Below are positions 1 to 13,700 of a stretch of 64,000 nt of DNA, in pieces. The notes beneath the pieces are model-generated. The model searched no databases and had not been told where the DNA came from. It saw only the letters and a program-made list of their open reading frames with translations. The stretch is from Phoronis australis (lineage: Eukaryota; Animalia; Phoronida). Numbering within the stretch: position 1 is the stretch's first letter; the number at the start of each line of letters is the position of its first letter. A program made the position numbers and the translations under genes. The DNA is taken from the NCBI GenBank assembly GCA_002633005.1, contig NMRA01000071.1, positions 1,073,961 to 1,137,960 of the forward strand. Reading direction: 5' to 3'.

Positions 1-370
1 CAGTCACTGTACTGGCCACAGCTCGCGAGGCTTCTCGCTTCAAAAACGCACTTCTCGGGGGTGGCGACGGGGCACTGCCGGGAATCAACACAGACGGAAT
101 GGCATCCATCGTCAGACGTTGTTTCGCAGGGACCTTCATCAGTTCAGCGTACATATCCCTTTCGTAATCGGACGGCAGAAAGTGCTTGCCACACACACGG
201 TAATTCTCCACTGCTTTGTACGTTGCGTGGACGGGTAACGCTGCTTTCTTCACACGAACGAGCCAAGTACGGCCAAGTGTGTCATCCATGGGAAAGCGAT
301 GCAAAGGTACTCCCAAAGCGCGCGTGAGCCGATAATTAGTACATCCTGGTACGCAGCAACAGTGTGGCAT
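1..370 (-). CDS. THAP zinc-finger N-terminus of a Kolobok transposase (open to window edge)
   Basis: ATG at 370: MPHCCCVPGCTN..LHRFP..W..RVCGKHF..DAIPSV gives the C2CH THAP signature and an AVPT-like box. No stop before position 1. Confidence 0.8.
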   Translation of the reverse strand, partial: MPHCCCVPGCTNYRLTRALGVPLHRFPMDDTLGRTWLVRVKKAALPVHATYKAVENYRVCGKHFLPSDYERDMYAELMKVPAKQRLTMDAIPSVLIPGSAPSPPPRSAFLKREASRAVASTVT

Positions 371-635
371 GTTGACTGACTAGTAAATGAAAGCAAACGA
401 CGACGAAACTTAACACAACCGAGGTAGAACAATGACTGACTCGGCAGCTCTCAGAGTCAGACTATATGAAAAGAAATTGGCGCGAAATGCCTCCGTCCTA
501 AAACGTCACTTCCGGAGTAGCTGACGAGTAATTAATAGAATTACGAAAAGCTGCAATTAAGTGGAAAATATGTCTAGGATAACCAACCAACCTTATTTGA
601 GGTCAAAGTGACATGGGAAAAGGTTGCCTTCGCCT
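1..635 (-). mobile_element. Kolobok-type DNA transposon, copy 1 (one end; runs off window start)
   Basis: Ends ...GTTGCCTTCGCCT followed by TTAA (636-639). About 150 bp (c.485-635) is the reverse complement of the terminus at 29488. Carries a THAP ORF. Confidence 0.8.
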
Positions 636-1357
636 TTAAAACCATTTTTTATAATTTTATTAAAAAAAAAATTGTTCTACTGCTGTACCAACATATTAAG
701 AAATTATACAAAAATAAACAATAATTATCTGTGGTAAAGCGCAATATACAGCGTGATGAAATGATAATCAAGAGCAATAACAGATGAGCGTGAATGCGTG
801 TTGCTTATTGAGAATTCCGCGGCTTGAAAACATTTGACATCGCAAAACAGCCAGCGTTGAATTCTAATTTTTGTGCAGTTTTAAGAGTAAAATTTCAAAT
901 TTCTTACTTGTTTTTATGCATAATGTACTGTATAAAAAGTCTCATAATGATGCTTCCGCGATATCACCTAACGTTTGATTTTACTACGCGATCAGTAATT
1001 CAAAATAAAGTTTACGTTGGTGTAATTTCACGCAGTTCGTATTTGTAGGTTGATTCAATTTTACCATCTTTTAATAGCTGAACAACAGTTGATCAATCGA
1101 TATCAAGACCGGAATTGCCGCTGGTGAACGAACAACGGACAATTTTAATGTTTGTTTGGCCAAAGTTAACCCACTAAGTCATAAAATGGTAATTGCCGAC
1201 CAAGGACACGTCTACGCTAGGCGACCACTTAGCCGACCCAAGTGCCAACCACAGAGGCGACTCAGCAGACGGCTCCTAGTCGACCGTTGTTGGTCGACTG
1301 CTGGTCTTCTAGACCAATTTCCGACAGGTCGGACAAAAATTCGTGATGTATGTTGTA

Positions 1358-2450
1358 TATCCAGGAGACGTGCCGCTCTCTGGAGTGGAACTTACACTAC
1401 TGTGTGGCGTCCCAATCAGCCTTTTCAGTATTGAAAAATGACCACGGGTAACTTTGTGATATTGTAATATGACTCGGATAGTTTTTAATGGGGTCTAAAC
1501 TTAATGTGAACTAAATTTTACTGCGAACAATGACAACATTGGGTTCAGTGACTACCGGACATAGAACAATTGTTAGCGTGTGATAACGTACATGTATTTA
1601 GCTCCCTTGTTAACTGCCGAGCACAGTTTTTTGCTGCATGGCAACAGGCAGGCCTAATATCTACCAGGCTCATTACCAACCAAATGTGAACACAGTCAAA
1701 CCAATTGCTACATGTTCGTTCGGACATGATAGGTTGACTTAACTTCGGTTGCAGTCGAGTGATTTTGGTGATTCAAAAACTATAAGCATGATTACTATTC
1801 GATGGGGAATTCAGAAATGTTATTGGTTGATGTTCAAACATTTTAAAAGTTAACTTATTTTTAACAGCACAGCTAGATACGATTTTATCGTAGATTACAA
1901 CAATTGTGGAACAAATAAGATGAACCTCCAAACCTGAATAACAGAATTTACTATTTTATAGTCTAAGATAATGGCTACAGCGGTCATCCGCCAAACTTCT
2001 TGTTGTGCTATACAACCGAGCAAGTTGGACTCAACGAGGGAACGTCGAAATATAATATGCAAAGAACACTGACTCAGTTCCTATCGTGTGCATTGCCAAC
2101 GTAAAAGTATTCTTCTCTCACGCACTGCATTTCTTTCTCACGCCGGATATGAAGTCCCCCCGCCCAAGCAACAGGCATCTGTTGGCGTTTTATAGTATCC
2201 TCACTAAGTGTAATTATTTGCTCACAAAGAGATCAAGGCCGCGCCCACACATTATTTTTAACCATTCCTTTCAATGCCCGGCCTTAATCTGATTTGTGTA
2301 TTGCGCCTCCCGTCAGCTGAGAAATTTAAAATAAGATCTCCTCCCAAGCAAGCTTGGCCTTACCCGTGGGTCATTGCTCAACACTCAGTGAAATTCCTTA
2401 TTGGGGCACCAAGAAAGTACGTCCCGATTGAGAGGCATGTCTCCTGGATA
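1358..2450. mobile_element. Non-autonomous TIR element (MITE) with TA target duplication
   Basis: TA|TATCCAGGAGACGTGCC at the left and GGCATGTCTCCTGGATA|TA at the right. Imperfect inverted match extends about 90 bp (CCACGGGTAA / TTACCCGTGG). Confidence 0.7.
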
Positions 2451-3433
2451 TAATTTATTTCCGTCAAGCGACACGATTTAAATAATGAATTTGCGCAATC
2501 GTAGTGGTTTCTCTTGAAAAAATCGAAAAAATGAAACGCTCGCGGTGAATTAACGAGCGTGCAGCCGCTCAGGCCACTCGAGCATCTGCCACTGATTGCA
2601 ATTTTCTAATAGTGAGATATCTTCCCTATCCATGGACGGTACAGCGCTGAAAAATGTGAGGGCTATAGCAACAAGCCATGTTGCGCCACTCCGCTATCGA
2701 CTGATTAACTCTGAAAAAACGCAAGTAAATGATAAATCACATGTTTTTATATGTTTCTGGAAAAAAGCACATTGTTATGGCTCTTTATTTGTTAGATATT
2801 GCGCTTTGAAAAGGACAATTTACTCCGTTTGTTTACAGGGCAATTAACCGTGTCACGTGACTAGACGCACTGTCCAGTATGGCGTCAACCTGTCACCTGT
2901 AGTAGCGCAGGCGACCGGTCTATAGTATTAAATTGTCTATGGTCTAAACCATTCGACCAGTTGCACCCTGGCAAGTGACTTGGAGAGGCCTTATCAGACT
3001 CTACAATGTACGTGTACGTCGTCACAACCGGAAGTCACGCTTTCACAACACTTATTTTTCGCGTTGATGAGTCGTCTTGAGAGAGTGGTTGTAAGCAGCT
3101 ACAATTGGATACGACTTTGCAGCGACTACCTCCGAACAAGTGCATGCATTCATGAGGTGTGAAGCCGGAATTTGTTGATTAAGAATTAAGACTCTAATTA
3201 CGTGGCATCGTAGATTTTGATAGCCAAGACATAAATTTCGATCCTACTTTTACGCCTTATGACGTAATTTATGTAGTGATGAAGAGTTTACACTCTCACT
3301 TTTGAACGTGCTTTCGGATGTCGCCTATGTCATGCATAGTTTAGTGAAGATTTTGCCTCAAACATTTATTGCAATTACTTTAAAACTAACCATTTCGTTC
3401 AGGAACACGCTTCTCGTGTAAACCACCAGCTTG

Positions 3434-5443
3434 CAGGGCCGTACGAAGAGGGATGACGGCGCATGGGACCCCAAAAAATTTCAGGCGTCAGGGTTAAGCC
3501 GTGGCAACTGACATAGGCGTGGGGTCCGGGACAGTCGAGAAAAGAAAGACTGCGAAATGCGGATAAATGAGAACATTCAAGAGAACATTTACATGTAACA
3601 ACTCTGCATCACTGCATGGTTCACTTTTTGAGGACCCTGGGCAGGACATTGCCGTATGGGTATCCGCTTTTGTAGCACAGATTGTCTAAACGCACTTGAA
3701 AGCGTGCACGAAAAAAATCATACATATATTTCGAAAAATCGAGAAAATTTGTAAAGCTAAGCTTTTGCAAAGCGCACTAATTTACTGAATTTTTAAATTC
3801 AAAAGGTCAAATTTGCGAATTTCCCCAGATGACTCTCTCTGCCAAGGCATAACAGAGACAACTTTTGCTTTATTTTTTTCTCGAAACTGTATATTAGATG
3901 GATCCAGGATTTCGAGATTGGGTCAAACAAGAGTATTAGCCAGGATTTTGCTCGTCAGACATTCGCAAACTCGAACTGCCAAATGAAATTTAGGAAAATT
4001 TTATAGAGGCATGCCCCTTTAAATCAGCCACTGATTACTTGACAAAAATTGAGGACCTGACAGTTAACACCAATTGCTGCGCATTTTCTGATAATTGAAA
4101 ATGTAGATATTTTCGTATTAAGGTGCCCCGTCCTTGAAGGAGGCCATTGATGACATTCAAGTGGCCACCCTTTTGTGCTTTATTGACAAATTCGTTAGGT
4201 GACGCTTACGGAAAGGGACCCAGTGTTGGAATCGATCTTTTTATTTTAATGTTTTCACGAAATCGTGCAAGCGGCTTTCATGTAGAAGGAGGTCAATAAC
4301 TACCTCGTTTTGGGACCATACGACATTGGAATGCACTGTCACACTTTTTCCAAGCTTAATGATGTTTAGCGTTTCATCTTAAGGTGTCCCATTTCAGACG
4401 GTATCCTCTCTCCGTGGAGCAGTTCGGGGGGATATGTCCCTTTGTCCCACTATACATGTAAATCCGACACTGCCACGATAGAGGTTGAGATTCCAAATTC
4501 ACCAAAAAACAAAAAGCATTCTTGCACACCACAGCCATTTGACCCAAACAACCAAAAATGTGGTAAAAATACGGTAGGATTGCCACCATCTAAGTTTGGA
4601 ATTTTGAAGAATGTGAAAAACACTATCTGTGATAGTTTGTTAAAAATAATGTCACTGTTTCCCGTATTATCACAAGAATAGTATCTTTTTTGAAGGTGAT
4701 GACTATGCGTTGTTTGTAAGGAATTACCACGAGTGCAAAACACGTCTGCCTAGGCTACTATTTGTGATAACCATTATGAAATGAAGTTTCCCGACACTGG
4801 ATCACATTAAAACGAATCTTGACCTTAAAGCGAACGTACACTGTAGACGGCCGGTACGAATTTCCTGTCTCAAGTGAATTGCAGCTGAGCCGACAAACAA
4901 CTAGCTCTAGTTAATCAGGAATTTCGTATTTTCACTGTAAGATCTCATCTGTAGCTACTTAAGCCATCTCCTCGCTACCGGCCAGTGTACTGTTCCTCTT
5001 TCCCATTCCTACTCTCTCTTGTTTTACGGTTAATCAACCCAAATCTAATGCCTCTTGGCGCTTTCTGTGTTATGTATATTCATTGTATTCTGAAGATTTC
5101 GTAATAAACTTAAAAAAAAACTCTTGGTGGCTTCATCCCCAGGATTGTGCCAGGGGCGGATTCAGGATCTCGAGTTGCGGGGTGGGCAGGACAGAGTGTT
5201 AGCCAGGGCTGGACCCGTCAGAAATAGGCACCCCAGAACTGTCAAATGGAATATGGGAGAATTTTAAGCGAGCAATGGCCCCTTTGCCACCCGTAAGTCC
5301 GGCACTACACTCCCACCTAGGGAATATGTGGGACGAGATTCGGTACACTTAAATATGGTGGCATCGGAAGCACGNAGGGGGTTGTTTGGCTAAGTCGAAA
5401 TGGTTTGTGCCCACCCAATAGTTTTTGCCTTCCTACGGGCCTG
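3434..5443. mobile_element. Non-autonomous hAT-like element with 5-bp TSD
   Basis: Termini CAGGGCCGTACGAAG and CTTCCTACGGGCCTG. GCTTG lies directly outside both ends. Contains GGATCCAGGA-type MITE pieces and a single N at 5376. Confidence 0.6.
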
Positions 5444-5704
5444 GCTTGACGTCAACATAATCAATATTTACGCCATCACGGATAAATTTACATCAATATT
5501 TTAGATGCAGTCAGATTTATTTGATTACTCCGTCTCTAGAAAAAGTCATGGATTTTTCTTAAAACCCTCGACCCACAGCCACCACAACCCACAATCCATT
5601 GCCCCCTCGACTTTGCGTTTTTTACACACTTTATACTCGATTCTGTCGCTAACTGATTTACCTGCACGCACATCTGCTCTGGTTCAAGTAGCCGAGTTCA
5701 CGGC

Positions 5705-5807
5705 CGAGACTCGAGCTTATTCCGTGTTCAGGTTAAGACGTGCCAAACTCGTGCTTAATCCATGTTCAGGTTAAGACGTGCCGACTCGTGCTTATTCTAT
5801 GATTAGG
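5705..5807. repeat. Minisatellite, about 38-bp unit x ~2.7
   Basis: Repeated ACTCG(A/T)GCTTA(T/A)TCC(G/A)TGTTCAGGTTAAGACGTGCC. Confidence 0.75.
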
Positions 5808-6129
5808 CTGACACTAGCTTATTGCTTCGCTAATTGTCTTTCCCATCAGGCTAACCTACATGCAAGTTTACTCTCACTGGCTCAAGTTTCAGTTAACATT
5901 TACATGTACGTTTACCAGTATTACTCTTTTATTACCAAAACATGGCACAAAACACAACTAATAAAACTAGGCTGCGCTTGCCCACTGCAAAGAGCGTGAT
6001 GAAGAAACATTAAAACCGCCTCGTCTATATATCAAAACACCAGAGTGTCTAGCATGTACAGTGAAGCACATGTTTTGCTACAACACTATTCTTCCATTAA
6101 ATATTGCGGAACAAATGAAGTCTCATTAC

Positions 6130-6399
6130 CTGGGGCCGAGACCGAAACCCAGTTTCGCCAAACACCGCCGCAGAATTCTTTTGGGTTCCCGGGGCACGGG
6201 ACATCGCACTCTTCATCTGGTTTCCTTGAATGTGACCCATACCGATTACCACACCAACACTCATCACCATTTTGTGTCCCGGCAAAGGCGTAGCTGTAAC
6301 TTCCACAAAGCTTTCGGCACATGTCGTTCGTGTTGACGGTCGAATCGATAAGTTTAACCATATCTCGACTCCTGTCGTCACCAAAGCAACCAGGCAAAG
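6130..6399 (-). CDS. Internal exon encoding a complete WSC carbohydrate-binding domain
   Basis: LPGCFGD..MCRKLC..YAFAGTQNGDECWCG..ECDVPCPGNPKEFCGG has all 8 WSC cysteines. Acceptor CACTCCAG, donor GTAATG; 270-nt phase 1-1 exon. Confidence 0.9.
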
Positions 6400-7086
6400 C
6401 TGGAGTGTGAAAATGCTAACTATTCAAATTCAGCTTTAAAAGAATAGAGTTTTTCCATCTCTGAGTTTTTAAGTCAAGTCTGTTGTGCAATTTTTGTATC
6501 CGCTTACTTTTCGAAAAAAATAATCAACATGCGACTAATAAAACTCGCGGGATACGTTTTTTATCATCAGTACGCAAATCATAACGTTTCACACCATTTC
6601 TGCTTCTGTATGCGTTTCTTTGGGCAGTTTTACAGAAAAAAAAAAGAATACATGAAAAATATTCTAGAACTCTATGGGAAATGTCATGCGCATGGATGCT
6701 TTGCCAACATCGCAGAGCAATACAAGCAAACGTTCCCAGGGTTTGTACTGACTTCGTCCCACGTCCAACATACTAAAAACATCATGAGTTGAACAAAGCT
6801 GTAGAATCAAAGGTATAAAATCGAAGTCATGTGTGTGCGTCTATGGCAGAATCCACATTAGAAAAAGTTTAACTGGGTCAGGTTGCATACAAGTCTGTAT
6901 AATTCTCCAGCGGATAACAGCTTATTCGCCGGATAAGATTTGTTCGCCGGATAGTTATCAGGCTTAAAAAATAAGGTTGCACAAAATTTGAATGAGATTC
7001 CGATAACTCACCGCCAGATGTCCCTGTTATACAGCGGAAAACCAAATGGGATATCATATAAAGCATTACACATAGTTCTTGTTACC

Positions 7087-7345
7087 ATGGCAAAGACAAA
7101 ATGGATGAAGCAAAGAAAAGGTCATGCAGTTGGACAAAGGATTAAATCAACATTCTGACTGAACTTTCCGAATCAAACTTACAAGTTATTAACAGCAAGT
7201 TTATTCAGAAGGTGACGACGGTGGAAAGTAACTTCGTTTGGGAGCGTATAGCTGAACAGATTACAAGTCTAGGAATCGCAACAAGAACTTTATGGGATTC
7301 AAAAGAAAAGTGGAGGCACATGGTGTATTGGGCGAGAGCCTCGCA
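7087..7345 (+). pseudogene. Harbinger Myb/SANT-like DNA-binding protein relic
   Basis: VWERIAEQITSLGIATRTLWDSKEKWRHM matches the W..IA..I......RT.....KW motif. The 5' part is disrupted. Confidence 0.7.
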
Positions 7346-8099
7346 GAACCACCTGCAGACGGCATTTTTTCGCTCAGGGTGCAAATTTAGATTTTTCATG
7401 TTACGCAATCATATTGACAGAATTCCTTCACGTTTGGCAGATATTTGTAAGATGATCTTGTTTTAGCACCGGTACTGGTGACATTTATGCATTTTAACGT
7501 ATGAAAAAAAGTTAATTTTGGCCAGAGTTATCCTTGATATAGCTGAAAATAGCCAGAAATCCATCGTTATTATGTTTCACTGAAATATTGCATGTGCTTA
7601 ATACACATAGCATTTAATTAAATCACCTATTTAATTGAAAATTAATGTTTTTTCATGATCCTAACATGTATTTCTTGGTTTTCTTCAGGAAATTGCGAGG
7701 ATATTAAAAGTAAAACACAGTTTTCAGGCACAGTTGCAAAATGATATCAATGTTGTGCAAAACAAGTAAATTTGCATATGCTCTTTCTCTTACAGCCATG
7801 TCTGAAAAAGAAAAGCATTGTTAGTGTTTTGAACTGTTTTTTTAATGGTTGATGGGATATAGAATTTGATTTAGAAACCACATATTTGTATCAGATGTCC
7901 TAATCATTGGATTCCTCGACCAAATAATATCTCAGTCACCTAAGAAAATCTGTTTAATCTCCATAGCCCTGTCTGAATTCCATTAATTTTTTTCAAAAAT
8001 AAAATATATTTGATAATGCACATTGGGAATCTTGAAGCTTATTTTGCTCACAAAAAATATTAGACCAAGACCTGGATTTGAATTGGTCATTAACAAAAG

Positions 8100-9180
8100 T
8101 GTCGTTCGTATTCTCCGTAGCCCCTGGTGTATTCTCGGTAGGTCCCAACTTTGAATTGTTCGTACATGGTTTGAAAAAATTTGTATCTAGTTGCATGGAC
8201 TGAGGAAATAGAAACAAATAAACTCTCCAAGATAAGAAAAAAAAAGAAATATTTATGAGTGGGATTTGAGGCAAGTTTAGCTATTGAAGTCGTTATTTTT
8301 AAAACATGAATGTTCTTTGGTTATTCAGAAGTGTTGGTATTAACAAGTAAATGAATTATATTGCATTGTTCAAGTATTCATCAACTTATAACCAGGTATC
8401 GGCATATTTCGTATTCTCCGTAGCCCCCCTCCATGACCTCTTTGTTATGTGAGATTTATGCATTCAATGTTTCCTGATGATGAAAAGTGCTTTCCTGTAT
8501 TTCTTTGATGGTAGTTGATGGGAATAGGTACCCCATTGATGGTCACGTGACTCTGATGATAGTTAAGAGCTGAGTATGTCTTAGGATAAAATTTTTATTT
8601 CCATTATGTTATATTTTTGTATTTGCACGAGTGTGAAGAAAATTGAGACGGCACTATCTCCCTTTTTCTAAACACAACTTTTTTTCTAATTCAGAAGTAG
8701 TTGAATTGACAAGTAAATGGGGCATTTTTTTTGCATTTCTCCAGTATTTTTCTTCCCACCAATAGTTACATGTACCTTCGCATTTTGTATTCTACGTAGC
8801 CCCCAACTGGCCTCTGTGTTATGTGAGATTTATTTGTGCAAACAATGTTTTCTGATAATGAAAAGTGTTTTCTTGTACTTTTTGATGGTAGTTTATGGAA
8901 TTAGGCATTCCTTTTGACAGTGACGTGACTCTGATGATAGTTAAGTGTTAAGTATGTCTAAGGATTAAGTACAATTGCTATGTTTTATTTTTTATTTGTA
9001 TACTCACACCTTGTGAAGTATACATGTACACAGGTGGGAACCTAGTTTTTTATATTGATGTTCAGTGATCAAGTACATGAGTTACCAGAGTAATAAACTT
9101 TCTTGTTCCTAAACCAGATTTAAGTCTTTTCCAACATGGATGTAACGATACCAATGATGTATTCTCCGTAGCCCACATTT
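8100..9180. repeat. Internally repetitive insert (about 375-bp diverged direct units)
   Basis: GTATTCT(C/A)CGTAGCCC occurs near 8108, 8411, 8787 and 9159. Segments c.8410-8620 and c.8787-8995 align. Confidence 0.65.
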
Positions 9181-9199
9181 CATACTTTAAGAAAGTCTG

Positions 9200-10734
9200 T
9201 CATATGCTATAGAGACGTCGCAGAGCGTTGATTTGATGAATTCAACTTCCGATTTCACCTGTTTCGGAGACTGTGTTTCAACATCCACTCAGACTATGGG
9301 CGATCTTCAAACTAATATAGAACTGATCGACTCAAAACTGGATCTAATCAACGCCCTAGACAATCGGATATTAGATCTCATTCCAGAAAACGACATAGAA
9401 ATCGCCATCACTGTGGCCGATTCTTTCAACACAGTCCTTTACCGCCAGCGAGCGGCACTTGTGCGTTTTCTCCAAAAACTTTGTATTTACCGCTGCACCC
9501 TCTGAATCTGGATCGCACGCGACCGCCTCGCCGACAGACTTATCATCACCTTCATCCTGAGTTTGCAAACAACACACTCATCTGCCTAAACTCCAACTTC
9601 CGAAGTTCAACGGTGACATTCTTACGTGCATCACATTCAACGGCGCATTCCACACAGCCGTTCACCCCGATGCCAGACTCACTGACATTCAAAAATTCTA
9701 ATACCTACAAGCGCAACTCACGGGAGAAGCTGCCAAAACCATTCCCGCTTTTCGGCACCAAAATGTCTTGAAACGCGTGCGATGGTACGTCTTTACCACC
9801 CGCACATGTTAAGATATATCACGGCATAATTCACGACCAAATGGAACGGGGGTTTGTCGAAGAAGTTCCCGATGACGACACAACAAATGGGCATTACTTG
9901 CCACATCACGCGGTTACCAAAGATACATCCACTACGCCCCTTCTTATAGTATACTATCGTAGCGCGAATACTAGGGGCTCCTCGAGCCTTGACGATTGTT
10001 TGGACACTGGCGAGTGCCTACTTAATGACCTACGTTCCATACTCCTACGTTTCCGAGTACACGAGATCGGAACGTCTAGCGATATTGAGAAGGCTTTCCT
10101 CAACATATACAGTAGGATTGCACGAACACGACGGCACTTTTACCAAATTTCTGTGGTAGTGTGACCCAGAGAATTCCGAAAGTGATTTCAAGGCCTATCG
10201 GTTCGCTTCGATACTTTTTGGGTCAGCAAGTTGGTCGTTCATATTGAACACTGTACTTAAGCATCACTTCGAGAAAAATGATGTGACTGCGGACGAATAT
10301 CTATGTTGACAACGTTTTACACAGCGTGCAACCTGCTGATGCTGTCAACTGTTAGCAAATAGTGAACAGTCTCCTCGAAAGAGGGGGTTTCCACCTGCGT
10401 TCGTGGGCAACCAATGATGCAGAACTCAGACAAAAAATGATTTCTGACAAACGACACGATTCTCACACCAATGTCAATGTTCTTCGTTTGAAATGGGATA
10501 TACTCGCGGATAAACTGTTTTACACTGAGAAACCACCACCCAACTGTTTGAACTAAACGCGATGTCGTCAGCATTGCGGCATCGTTGTTCGACCCCATCG
10601 GATTTCTAGTCGCACCGGTTCATGTATGTGCAAACTCGTTTATACAAAAACTTTGGACAAAACAAGTGCCGTGTGATGGTGAACTACCAGTATGTTTGAA
10701 AGAAGAATGGGACAATATCAGTGGGGAACTCACT
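9200..10734 (+). mobile_element. BEL/Pao LTR retrotransposon relic, 5' part (gag and RT)
   Basis: HLPKLQLPKFNGD (gag), YLPHHAVTK..TT, LNDL..ILLRFR, DIEKAFL, IYVDN, GGFHLRSWATN, SLFDPIG. Many frameshifts and an internal deletion. Confidence 0.9.
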
Positions 10735-13700
10735 TAGTCTCCTACACAGACCCTCGAGGTTGGTTGGGGTCTGCTACAGCGCACTTTTCCATGTGCATTC
10801 TTGGAATTTCATTGACTGTTCCGATTTCAAGAAACAAGGCATTCTATTGGTCAGTTGAATAATAGGTCAAACTAGTTCACCAACATGGCGACTTCCAGTA
10901 ACGGAAGAATGTCGATGGATTTATAGCTGTTTAAATCTCTCTGTTCTCGTCAAACTCCCGCATTTCAAAGCTAACGAGTCAAGGAATACATCAGCAGTAA
11001 CGTATACGAAACATTTAATGATAATTATTATCTTGTATACTATGCTGTATTCTGAATTGATGTGACATTTTACGAAATAATTTGTGGAAGAGATAGCCAT
11101 TAGCTGATTAGGCCCTTCACAACAACAGTCATTTTAGGCACACTATAGCACCGAATAGCGGGAAAGGAGTAGCTAAGTGGCCACGGAAGATTGCCTCGAT
11201 CTTTTCAGGGCACACCCTCTCGTATGTTAACATGTTCATGTGCGTTATGTAAGCTCCCGTGAATTATTGGGTCAGACTAGGAACCAATATTGGTTCCTAG
11301 GGTCAGATAAGGATATGTGCTGAAATACTGCTATTCATGACATTGTCATTGTAATGTATAGTACACTGGCATACTTGTCACTACCCACAGAAGTTAGGAG
11401 CATAAAAATACAGTCAATGGTCCTAAACACTCAAACATTAACCAGTCTAGCAAGAGTTTTATAATGACTGACATTGCTTTTGTCGGTACCATTCAGCAGT
11501 GCCTCTGTCTCTGACTGCCATCCTACAGTCATACAGAGTATTCAATTATTTCGGAGGGTGTTTGTTGCTGTGAAATTAGGATTATACACACTCTTTTGTA
11601 TAGTCAGCAAGATAAAACCTCACCCTTTTTTGAGTTGGAACAGTGATTAAAACTGACCCATTTTGGTGAGAGCCTCAATGGAAGAATCAACTTTTCTGAT
11701 AACATAATTATGCAAAGTTATTATTTACAGGGAATTGAATTTCAGCAAAAAGCTCTCTGGGCGGTATTCTTTTTAAAACAACAAACCTCAGTTGCATATG
11801 AAACCTTCAGTGGTTTTGGTACTAAAATGGATCATTTTGTACAGTTCCAACCAAAAAATTATTTTTTTGTGTGGAATTTATTTGGAAATTCACCCTTTCA
11901 TGGTGACTTTTGCAATTCCCGAGTCACTGGTCAGAGTGTCACATTTGGTCATATGAAATCTATGCAAGTCTCCTCTCTCCTGGACCCCGACTGGTCGACT
12001 GTTTCATTTTTTCTTTCCACGTTCACATGATGTCAAGTGTTGTAGAGTTTCAACAATCATCTATTAACATCAGTCTAATTGCAAAACAAGATCTCAGAAC
12101 CATTCTAAAACATTCTGAAACTACTAAGGTTCGCTGTTATCAAAGCATCCTGGAGTTAGACATTGTAAGCAAGCGAACTTTAAAAACCTGCCTCCCGTTC
12201 AGTAGCGCTAGGACCTCGCTAAAAAGCAAGACTTTGCGAGATTACGTGAGATATTGCCGTGTATTTTAAATGAGAACACGTGACTTTGACTAGGTTTTAG
12301 CTAGGTCCTAGCGTAGGTCCTAGCGTCTACTGAACGCACGCCTGGTTCATTAAAATGACTACTAGTAGGTTGCAAAAACATCTCACATTTCAAAATTGGG
12401 AGCTCAGGGTACTTCAAAGATTTTAAGCTGGGTCACTAAACCCAAATTGACAGTTTCTTGTGCGTTACTTGGGTTGGATTGTTATCCAGGCAATAGTCAC
12501 TGGCAATCCAAATTTTGAGAACAAGTTTTAACGCCTGCTATTCAGTGAAAAATAGGTTCCTGTTATACAGTAGAAAACACTGTTTCTCAAAGTGGGGGTG
12601 CCCTGTATGTTACTATGACCATTATGTTTTGCTCTGAGCAACATGATAGTGTTTCATTCTTGTGGTTATGATCTACATAATACAGCAGTGATTTTAGTCA
12701 ACATTTCGGTCTTTTCGAACAGTTTTTCAAAATTACAAATTTGACTCTTACTGAGGGGGCCTCCTCGTGGCAAGAGTTGGGCAGTGTGAAATGCTTCAGA
12801 ACATTCGCACTGGCAAACACCCTCACGTTGACATCATTAATGTGTTCCTAGAAATAGTATATACCCATAAGCTACAAAACACACAACATGCCAAGAAATT
12901 TATCTAACCATTGGGAACTTTATTTTGCTGATGTATTGATTAGAAATATGGTTTAGTTTAGCGATAAACTTGAGTACTAAGTCTGGGTATTAACATAGCC
13001 GTGGGCGCACAGCAGGGCTATCCCCTCGTCATTGCAAACCCTTCCCCTGATAGAAATTCATTCCAGTTTTGTTCTTGCCTAGCTTCCCTGTCCCTGTCCC
13101 CTGTTCATGCAGTGCTTCCAAGTTCCCTCACATTACAGTCATTGGTTGCCAACAATTTCAAGTTTAGCAACCTCTTGAATAATTCTGACTACACCAGTGA
13201 TGCTATGGGAATAGGTTACTAAAGACACGACTGTCATTCAAGTTGCACATTCACTGCCTTGTGAAAGCATAAACCATTATGAAATTAACACCTGGGCCCT
13301 GGGTTTGAACTTTTTACTCAGAATTATTTTTGTTATTTTCTATTCTAGTTTTGTTTGAACTTGAGATAAGTTTCTTTTATTCTATGTGCTTATTGATGGC
13401 AATTAATGACCCCAGCATTAGAGCTAAGAGTTTGAGTAAGAGGTTTTGCTAGAAATCTTGAGTTTTTACTCAAATTTTAGCTCGAATCTATTGGTCATTA
13501 ATGTGATGATATCGCTCCACATTTTATAGCTACTTACGGTTTACTGCCTGATCCATCTTTTGATGTACCCCTTGCCGGAAGTTCAACAATATACATCGTA
13601 TGCCCTTGTCAGTCAATCATTGTGTTCTTATTACAACATTACATGCCATAACCGGCATGACAATTAAGTACTATCTTGATCTCCCAAGAAAGTGGACTAG

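Noticed and set aside
5705-5807. CRISPR-like array (38-bp repeats)
   Set aside because: Units are head-to-tail with no spacers, there are no cas genes, and the context is eukaryotic.
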